Origin: Gemmatimonadota bacterium
GTDB taxonomy: Bacteria; Latescibacterota; UBA2968
Direction of reading: 5' to 3'
Length of the DNA stretch: 64,000 bases
Assembly: GCA_026706845.1 (NCBI GenBank)
Contig: JAPOXY010000082.1
Span: 15,779 to 79,778, forward strand
Shown here: positions 36,282-43,092 of the stretch, in pieces
How positions within the stretch are numbered: the first letter of the stretch is position 1
Layout: every line of letters begins with the position of its first letter
Program-made: the position numbers and the translations under genes
The notes under the pieces: model-generated
Database searches by the model: none
What the model saw: the letters and a program-made list of their open reading frames with translations, nothing else
Told to the model about the DNA's origin: nothing

Positions 36282-38804
36282 TCAGGCTGTTCTTCCGAAA
36301 ACACTGGTAAAGAAAATAAAATCGCCGAAATTGACCTGGCCATCCCCATTCAAATCAAAACGCGCATCGGGACTCTCAGAACTAAACGCGGCAACAAACA
36401 GGAGAAAATCGCCAAAATCGATCTTTCCACTGCCATCAAAATCCGCTTGAGCAGCTATCTCCTTCAAAGGAAGAAACACAGCAGGCTGAGAACGCACCGC
36501 CATACCGCGCGGCCTATCCTCAAAATTCAGCGTTCTCAGAATCTGAAACGACTCTGCATCAAAAATAACCAGCTCATTCGAATTCTGATTCGCCACATAC
36601 ACCTGCGATCCGTCGCGCGACACAAACAAAGAGCGCGTCTCTTCACCTTCGGGCAAAACCTTTACAGTATTCACAACGCGATTTTGCGCCACATCGACGA
36701 CGACTAATTGGGCATTCGTGCGATCAGTTCCGTATAACCGCGAACCATCCGGCGATAAAGCGAGGCGAAATATCCCGGCATCCATCCGAATCGTTGTCAC
36801 CACAGACTCCGACTCGGTATCAATCACCGCAATACCGCCACTGCCAACGTCACCAAAGTCCCCCCCCGACACATACAACCGCTTCCCATCCGCAGATATA
36901 ACCAGTGAGCGGGGTTCCTCAATCACATCAATGCGACCAATAGTCGCCCTGCGTGCGGTATCGACAACCAGTACCTGATTGCCATTGATATCTGTAACAT
37001 AAAGCCGCTTCCCATCCGGGTGAATCGCCACACCATAAGGACCGCGTTCTCCGCTAATCGGCACCCGAATGCGAGAACGCACAGTCAAACTCGCCACATC
37101 TATAACCGAAATACTCTTAGATTCTGAATTGGTGACATAGAGCAACTGCCCATTCGCGCTCAAAGCGAGATCCAAAGGCGCAGTATCAACTTTAATATTC
37201 GCCGCCACCTGATGCGTGGCAGTCTCGATAACTGTGACCCGATTCTCAGATGTACCGACAGATCCCCCCGTATTGGCGACAAACAAATAGCGCTGATCCG
37301 GTGTCATCAAAACGCTCAAAGGCACCACGCCAGTGGGAATGCGCGCCACCTCTTCGCCCGTACCCATATCGATAACAGCCACCACATCGACATCTCGCAA
37401 TGCAACAAAAAGTATGGGCGATCCAGACAATGATATCACATCGAATTGCAGCATGGGCAAATCAGATGCTGGCGAAGGCGTCTCATTGCCATCGCCATCG
37501 CGCGCAATCACCCGATACTCAATCCTCGATCCCACACTTTGCCCGTCGAGTTCCGCGGCAAAAATATCGTTCCCCGTAGGGATCATTGGCAGCACCTGCT
37601 CGCCCCCGCCATTGATCCGATAACGCAATTCAACAGTAGCCACCCCTGTATTATCGGTCACCCTTGCCGAAAAGCGATAGGGACCATTGGGATCGGGCGT
37701 ATTTGCTGGAAAAATAGTCTCCCGAATAAAAGGTGCGCCCGGTGCAGAAGGTCCAATCGCAAAATCGATATTTTCTATCACGCGGTCGATTTCGACGCGT
37801 ATGATCTGGGCATTATCCCGCACAAACGCATTGTTGTAATACTCTCTATCAAGTCTTGCTTCATATAACGTCTGAAAAATACCACCAAAATTATCAGCAG
37901 AAATTGCAGGATGGTGGCGCTCAATCGCAACGTGATAATCGCCCGGAGGCAAACCGAGAATTTCATAACGCCCATCGCCATTGGGTCCCTTCTGTTCACC
38001 GGCCGCCCCCGACAGAGCGCTCGCGACAAACATAAGGGAATCTGTTCCCGCCTGATAGACCACCACATGCACGCCAAATGCGGGACCATCGGCACTCAAG
38101 ACCTGCCCACGCACACCGCCGGTCAGCCCTTCTACCGGATATATCGCCGTTATACCTGCACGGTCATCGGCTTCCAGAGAACGCTCTGCACGCGGTGCCT
38201 GGGACGAAGCAAAGGGAAACATTGTCGCGCGCAGTTCGGGGGCACCCACCCAGGGGCTATGATCCAGCCCCAACAAATGACCGATTTCATGCGTCATTAT
38301 AGCGTGAAGATCAAACAGATCCTCAGGCGTATTATTCTCCTCAATCGAAAACTGATGATCCCGCCCATTAAAAACAATATCCACATCCGTAATCAAACCA
38401 TCGTCGTTATTGATGATCCGGGCAAATGCAACGACCCCCGTACCCTCGGGTGCGCCAATAACCTCTCCCGTCGCATCGTAAAAAATCACATTGCGATTAT
38501 CATTACCCGACACTTCAAGCTGTGCTGTACCTTCATATTCAAAGGTAATAAATGCCGACGGCACCGCGCTCCAGTCGTTAAACCCCTGCTGTGCAATCCG
38601 CACCACCTCGGTCTCGGGAAAGGGAAAACTCCCGGTATTGACCACAAAGGGAATACCAGCACCGGCCCGAGAAGGCGACCAGCGATTTGTCACAATACGC
38701 CCACGCGAATTTGTCTCTGTAAGAATCACATACCCCTCTGCACCAACCCACAGAGCGAGCAGAAGGCCAAAAACGCAAATTTTTTTCACAATATTAATCC
38801 TCAT
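36282..38804 (-). CDS. secreted multidomain zinc metalloprotease: metzincin (matrixin-like) + CarbopepD-regulatory-like + YVTN/NHL-type beta-propeller + C-terminal dockerin-like repeats
   Basis: Signal peptide MRINIVKKICVFGLLLALWVGA; HEIGHLLGLDHS with Met-turn ATMFP; repeated LYVTN/RLYV blade motifs; C-terminus DFDGSGKIDFGDFLLFVAAF + DLNGDGQVNFGDFIFFTSVF. Start taken at the signal-peptide Met rather than the ORF start 38900. Confidence 0.75.
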   Translation of the reverse strand: MRINIVKKICVFGLLLALWVGAEGYVILTETNSRGRIVTNRWSPSRAGAGIPFVVNTGSFPFPETEVVRIAQQGFNDWSAVPSAFITFEYEGTAQLEVSGNDNRNVIFYDATGEVIGAPEGTGVVAFARIINNDDGLITDVDIVFNGRDHQFSIEENNTPEDLFDLHAIMTHEIGHLLGLDHSPWVGAPELRATMFPFASSQAPRAERSLEADDRAGITAIYPVEGLTGGVRGQVLSADGPAFGVHVVVYQAGTDSLMFVASALSGAAGEQKGPNGDGRYEILGLPPGDYHVAIERHHPAISADNFGGIFQTLYEARLDREYYNNAFVRDNAQIIRVEIDRVIENIDFAIGPSAPGAPFIRETIFPANTPDPNGPYRFSARVTDNTGVATVELRYRINGGGEQVLPMIPTGNDIFAAELDGQSVGSRIEYRVIARDGDGNETPSPASDLPMLQFDVISLSGSPILFVALRDVDVVAVIDMGTGEEVARIPTGVVPLSVLMTPDQRYLFVANTGGSVGTSENRVTVIETATHQVAANIKVDTAPLDLALSANGQLLYVTNSESKSISVIDVASLTVRSRIRVPISGERGPYGVAIHPDGKRLYVTDINGNQVLVVDTARRATIGRIDVIEEPRSLVISADGKRLYVSGGDFGDVGSGGIAVIDTESESVVTTIRMDAGIFRLALSPDGSRLYGTDRTNAQLVVVDVAQNRVVNTVKVLPEGEETRSLFVSRDGSQVYVANQNSNELVIFDAESFQILRTLNFEDRPRGMAVRSQPAVFLPLKEIAAQADFDGSGKIDFGDFLLFVAAFSSESPDARFDLNGDGQVNFGDFIFFTSVFGRTA

Positions 38805-39186
38805 GTTTGAGTACTGGTTCTGATCGCCTTGCATCCACCATCCACACCTCGGCTTTGCCGTCTCGATCAAAATCCGCTTCTGCATACGCCTTGAAATCAT
38901 CCTCTAAAACGGTCACCCGATAGCGAAAACGTCCGGGTACATTATTGAGTTGTAAAATACCACCATTATTTTCTTCATCAATAGGCAAATAAGTGCCATA
39001 TTCTGCGCGATATGCGTGTTGTAGAGCCGCAATGCGTTGCAACATAATGCGGGCGCGTTCTCGCTCTGCGTCTTCAGGCGTGCGATATGTAAACTGATAA
39101 AACAACACCACGCATATCAATACCAGAAGACCAATCACAACACCCACTTGAGGCAACCGATCTCGATATTTCCAAAATAACATCAC
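38794..39186 (-). CDS. hypothetical membrane-anchored protein (possibly pilin-like fold)
   Basis: Single N-terminal TM (VGVVIGLLVLICVVLFY), then ~90 aa ending RIAALQHAYRAEYGTY..; no prepilin peptidase motif. Overlaps both neighbours. Confidence 0.45.
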   Translation of the reverse strand: MMLFWKYRDRLPQVGVVIGLLVLICVVLFYQFTYRTPEDAERERARIMLQRIAALQHAYRAEYGTYLPIDEENNGGILQLNNVPGRFRYRVTVLEDDFKAYAEADFDRDGKAEVWMVDARRSEPVLKHED

Positions 39187-40862
39187 GGACTCTTTTCATC
39201 AGGTGGCAACATCCACCAGATCCTGGATTCCAACTTTCCGACCTCCATCTCCCATCGCGTCCGCACCTCCACAGTATCGGCACGCGCGATCAAAGGCTCC
39301 GCAGGCACAAACGGAAGGACCTGGCCAGACATCCACTGACCATTGCCATCGCGATCTAAAAAACCGGAAATGCGATACGTCCCCGGAAGCAAATTCGTCA
39401 AACTAAACGTCGTATCCCGCAAAACCTGTTCCCGAAAAAAATCATGCGTCACCCCCTCCATCCATATCACCACATCAGAAGAAGACGTCGTCCCGGAAAC
39501 GCGCCCCAGAGCCGCGGTGTCCATCACAGAAAAAACAAACGAAATCGGTTCAGAAAGAACATTGCCGCCAATATCCAAGAACCTCTCGTGCTTTCCAATA
39601 AGCCGAATCGTCTCGCCATTCGTCCAGAGACTATCCGGTACAAACACGAGATGATTGGGCGCAACCCATTCAAAATCCCCTTGCGGAACAACCGTCGAAT
39701 CAGATGCTATCCAGAAGTCAGACACGGCATCTACGCGCATCGCATCGGAAAACAACATGCGAATCACAGTCGTTGGCAAAACATTCTCGGCATTCTCCGC
39801 CGGTACGCGTGCCAGCACCTCTGGCGCGCGTCGATCTCGCGTACCATCGCCTCGCACCGTTACATCTGTGGTATCGCGATTCCCCCACCGATCTGCGACA
39901 TCAACCCGCACCCTGTATTCCGCACCCTGCGTTTGCAGTTCAGTAATCAACCCCACCCCACTCGAGTCAGCGGGATCTTGATATATCTCCAACACCGACA
40001 GGTCGGTTATTTCAACGCCTGAAACGCGCACTGGTTCATCAAAACGCATCAAAACATGCTGTTGATCGGGAGTGCGTGCGGCAACGAGCGCAGGTGCTGA
40101 TGTATCGCGCACCGCGAGTTTGAGATCGCCCAGGCGAACGCGTCCCTCATCGGAAAGCACCACATCGCCGGGCGGAAGTGCCAACAAGTCGCCAGATGAA
40201 TACGCGCGATCATTATTCTGATCGCCAAAAGCAAATATCCGATAATTCCCAGAACCCAAACGCGGCAATACAAAATGACCCGTTTCATCGGGCTGCGTCA
40301 CATAAGTGGGACGGTCTTTTCCAGGATCGGGTGCCACCACCACAGACAGATCATAAGCCCAAACAAAAACCTGTCCCCTCTCCTCCTTAGACTTCAACAC
40401 CCGCCCATTGAGTTCCCCGCGATTTAAGCGCTCCCCCGTCGCAAATCCAAAACTATAAGAAGACCGCATGCGGTTGCGCCACTCATCCGCGCTCTCCTGC
40501 CCCACCGTAACCAGATACGTCCGATCGGCTTGCAAGCCATCGGACAATCGAACTTCCAGCACATCCCCACGCCACTTGAAATCGAATTCCTCAGCCCCCT
40601 GTGGCGAAATAAATAATGCCCGCTCGACCGACCTGCGATCCATCGCCTCAGAAAAGCGAATGCGAATCGGCGTATCCAACCCGACTCGCACAGAATCATC
40701 TGCGGGCACTGTGTCGATCACCCTCGGCGGCGTTTTATCGAGCGGGCCCCCTGGCGGAGGCATCTGCCGCGCACAGGCTATTAGAAAACAAAAAAAAAGA
40801 TAAAACGTGACACGCGAAATGCGAGCAGTTGTTTGGCGAAAATTTTGGTGATAATGCCACAT
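39183..40862 (-). CDS. Ig-like (SbsA/Big_5-type) domain lipoprotein
   Basis: FYLFFCFLIACARQ lipobox, then TPPRVIDTVPADDSVRVGLDTPIRIRFSEAMDRRSVERALFISP characteristic of SbsA-type Ig-like domains; several such modules follow. Confidence 0.65.
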   Translation of the reverse strand: MWHYHQNFRQTTARISRVTFYLFFCFLIACARQMPPPGGPLDKTPPRVIDTVPADDSVRVGLDTPIRIRFSEAMDRRSVERALFISPQGAEEFDFKWRGDVLEVRLSDGLQADRTYLVTVGQESADEWRNRMRSSYSFGFATGERLNRGELNGRVLKSKEERGQVFVWAYDLSVVVAPDPGKDRPTYVTQPDETGHFVLPRLGSGNYRIFAFGDQNNDRAYSSGDLLALPPGDVVLSDEGRVRLGDLKLAVRDTSAPALVAARTPDQQHVLMRFDEPVRVSGVEITDLSVLEIYQDPADSSGVGLITELQTQGAEYRVRVDVADRWGNRDTTDVTVRGDGTRDRRAPEVLARVPAENAENVLPTTVIRMLFSDAMRVDAVSDFWIASDSTVVPQGDFEWVAPNHLVFVPDSLWTNGETIRLIGKHERFLDIGGNVLSEPISFVFSVMDTAALGRVSGTTSSSDVVIWMEGVTHDFFREQVLRDTTFSLTNLLPGTYRISGFLDRDGNGQWMSGQVLPFVPAEPLIARADTVEVRTRWEMEVGKLESRIWWMLPPDEKSP

Positions 40863-40869
40863 TATTTCT

Positions 40870-41757
40870 TCACGCCCGTGGATGCGCTTGTCGATAGGCT
40901 CTTTTTAACCGCTCAACACTCACATGCGTATAAACCTGCGTAGTAGAAAGACTCGCATGACCGAGCAATTCTCTCACCGCATTGAGATCTGCGCCTGCAT
41001 CCAGCAGATGGGTTGCATAAGCGTGGCGCAATGCATGGGGGGACAAAGTCCGCCCGGTCGCTTTGCCGAGATACCGGGCAACGCGACCTTGAATACCACT
41101 CGGACTCAGCGGACGCCCAGAGCGCGCCAAAAACAAATGACGTCTATCCGTCGTCTGCTCAGAAACCAGTTCCTCTCGCCGCATCAAATAAGCCACCAGT
41201 GCGACCCGGGCCGGTTCCCCAAAAGGAACCAGGCGCTCTTTGTTGCCCTTGCCTATAACCCGCACCAGTTTATCTGCCAGATCCACAGCCTCAATTTTAA
41301 GCCCCGCAAGCTCGCGCAATCGAATTCCCGCGCTATAAAACAACTCCAAAATCGCCCGATCGCGCAATCCCAACACCGTATTGGGCGACGGCAGGGACAT
41401 CGCGCGGGCAACCTCGTCAACATCCAGATAAACGGGCAATATCTTATCCTGCCTGGGCGGACGCACATCGAGTGCTGGATTCCGATCCAAATCCCCCACA
41501 TTGCACAAATAACTCAAAAACGTTCGCACCGCCGCCAGCTTTCGGGCAACAGACCGCCGACCAAATCCCCTATTGAGCAAAAATCCCAAAAAATCCCGCA
41601 CTGCGTTCCGATCAATCTGTTCCACGCGATCCACCTGACGCCCATGCAAAAAAGCGGCGAACTGCTCCAGATCCGTGTTATATGCCGCACACGTATGATC
41701 GGACAATCGCCGCTGCCGCGATAGATGGTTGAGAAATTGTGTAATGGATGTTTTCAT
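40870..41757 (-). CDS. tyrosine site-specific recombinase, XerC/XerD family
   Basis: 295 aa; ARGxxR box, HALRHAYATHLLDAGADLNAVRELLGHASLSTTQVYTHV with the catalytic Tyr. Size and motifs are Xer-like rather than phage-integrase-like. Confidence 0.85.
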   Translation of the reverse strand: MKTSITQFLNHLSRQRRLSDHTCAAYNTDLEQFAAFLHGRQVDRVEQIDRNAVRDFLGFLLNRGFGRRSVARKLAAVRTFLSYLCNVGDLDRNPALDVRPPRQDKILPVYLDVDEVARAMSLPSPNTVLGLRDRAILELFYSAGIRLRELAGLKIEAVDLADKLVRVIGKGNKERLVPFGEPARVALVAYLMRREELVSEQTTDRRHLFLARSGRPLSPSGIQGRVARYLGKATGRTLSPHALRHAYATHLLDAGADLNAVRELLGHASLSTTQVYTHVSVERLKRAYRQAHPRA

Positions 41758-41929
41758 GGCAATGTGAATTAAGTAGAGTTAAAAGCTCTCCACCCTTCTT
41801 GGACGCCCTTGCTTAAAACAAGAGCGTTATAAGTGCCAACAGTCATTACTGACATTGTTCTGCTGCCGTCATCGCGGCATGATGTTGAGCCGCAATCCAG
41901 AAGGTTTTGAGCCGCTGACTGCTTGTTTT

Positions 41930-42178
41930 CTAACTGCTGATCACTAACCGCTGCACATCAAACTGCATCTGGAGATTCAGCCAGAATAAAGGATCAACGC
42001 CGAACCAGTGCCCGAAGCGCAAAGCAGTATCGCTATCCACAGAACACTTGCCCGCGATAATCTGGCCAATGCGATATGGCGGCACATCAATCTGGCGTGC
42101 AAATGTCACTGGATATACCCCAAATTCCACCAATTCGTCTCGCAGAATCTCTCCGGGATGAACAACGCGCTTCAACAT
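41930..42178 (-). CDS. higA: HigA-family (XRE-HTH) antitoxin
   Basis: MLKRVVHPGEILRDELVEFGVYPVTFARQIDVPPYRIGQIIAGKCSVDSDTALRFGHWFGVDPLFWLNLQ is the plasmid-maintenance antidote (HigA/VapI) signature. No higB found beside it. Confidence 0.75.
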   Translation of the reverse strand: MLKRVVHPGEILRDELVEFGVYPVTFARQIDVPPYRIGQIIAGKCSVDSDTALRFGHWFGVDPLFWLNLQMQFDVQRLVISS

Positions 42179-42291
42179 GGCTCAGATCCTCGCGTTTTTA
42201 GTGATAATCTACAACCTCGACATCGGTTGGTCTGGGACTATCGGATCAGGTAAAGCATAGTTAGGGGATCATCTATTCTCATTCTTATTTT

Positions 42292-42378
42292 TTAATGGAC
42301 CGCCGACCATCCATGGCACTTCAGAACAGGCACCCAATCAGGTGACAGATTCATGTCAATCAGAAGCTTCACACTCAT
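42292..42378 (-). pseudogene. truncated DUF5615 (Mut7-C/PIN-like toxin) remnant, 28 codons
   Basis: ATG overlaps the DUF433 stop (ATGA). Translation MSVKLLIDMNLSPDWVPVLKCHGWSAVH then a stop; matches the conserved DUF5615 N-terminus (M.LLLD.NLSP..V..L...GHDAVHV). Only ~110 bp remain before higA. Confidence 0.55.
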
Positions 42379-42605
42379 GGAGTGACCAGTGCAACTTCCC
42401 GTTCTTCGACCCGCCAGGCTGCATAGGCCAGAGCTTGATCGATATCTTCACGCTCGAGATAAGGATAGGCTTTCAGAATTTCCTCGTGTGATCGACCAAC
42501 TGCCAAGAGCCCCACAACAGTTCCAACCGTCACCCGCATTCCCCGAATACATGCCTTACCGCCCATGACCGCGGGATCGAAAGTAATTCTCGCGAATTTT
42601 TCCAC
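42375..42605 (-). CDS. DUF433 domain protein (antitoxin partner of DUF5615)
   Basis: GTG start behind AAGGAG RBS; FDPAVMGGKACIRGMRVTVGTVVGLLAVGRSHEEILKAYPYLEREDIDQALAYAA is the DUF433 signature. Confidence 0.75.
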   Translation of the reverse strand: MEKFARITFDPAVMGGKACIRGMRVTVGTVVGLLAVGRSHEEILKAYPYLEREDIDQALAYAAWRVEEREVALVTP

Positions 42606-42665
42606 GCGCTATCTCCTTCTATATCCGTAAGGACAGTAACTTTCATTGTTGACAAAACCATAACA

Positions 42666-42947
42666 TCATAATATGCCCGATTTTCGCACGGCTTGAATTT
42701 CGCGGTTTATCTCTTCCAAATCCATCTTATCAAGACCTTTTTCAACCGATTGCTTTTGAAGTTCATCAACGGCTTGAATCGCACGCACACGACGGAAAGC
42801 CGCCAGGGTTTCTTCCCAATCGGCATCGGAAACAGATGACAAAATGGCGATAGGTTTTCCCTGAGCCGTAATCACCATTTCTCGCTCATCAGCCAACTGC
42901 TCCCAAATTTCGGATGGTCGCAGATCTCTTATTTGAATAAAACGCAT
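42666..42947 (-). CDS. Phd/YefM-like antitoxin-fold protein
   Basis: MRFIQIRDLRPSEIWEQLADEREMVITAQGKPIAILSSVSDADWEE follows the Phd/YefM N-terminal pattern; acidic helical C-terminus. Confidence 0.55.
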   Translation of the reverse strand: MRFIQIRDLRPSEIWEQLADEREMVITAQGKPIAILSSVSDADWEETLAAFRRVRAIQAVDELQKQSVEKGLDKMDLEEINREIQAVRKSGIL

Positions 42948-42978
42948 TGTGGAATCTCCTACTGCCTTTCAAAACCTT

Positions 42979-43034
42979 CTGGATTGCGGCTTAAACCATG
43001 CCGCAATGACGGGCGAGGCCTGCCTCGCCCCTAC
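42979..43034 (-). terminator. two adjacent stem-loops downstream of topA (possible terminator/insulator)
   Basis: ATTGCGGCttaaaccatGCCGCAAT (8-bp stem) and GACGGGCGAGGcctgCCTCGCCCCT (10-bp stem, one mismatch); only a weak T-run. Confidence 0.4.
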
Positions 43035-43092
43035 GGTTGTTCATCCTTCTTGTATCTTGAGACGGGCAACCACAAGGGATTGCCCCTACATC

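Noticed and set aside
40862-41929. Invertible promoter (phase variation) controlled by the Xer-like recombinase
   Set aside because: No pair of inverted repeats flanks either intergenic region. The recombinase has canonical XerC/D size and motifs, and the downstream genes overlap it as a simple operon.
42179-42291. A HigB toxin remnant upstream of higA
   Set aside because: All three minus-strand frames give only short peptides with no RelE/ParE-like features, so no identifiable higB remnant is present.
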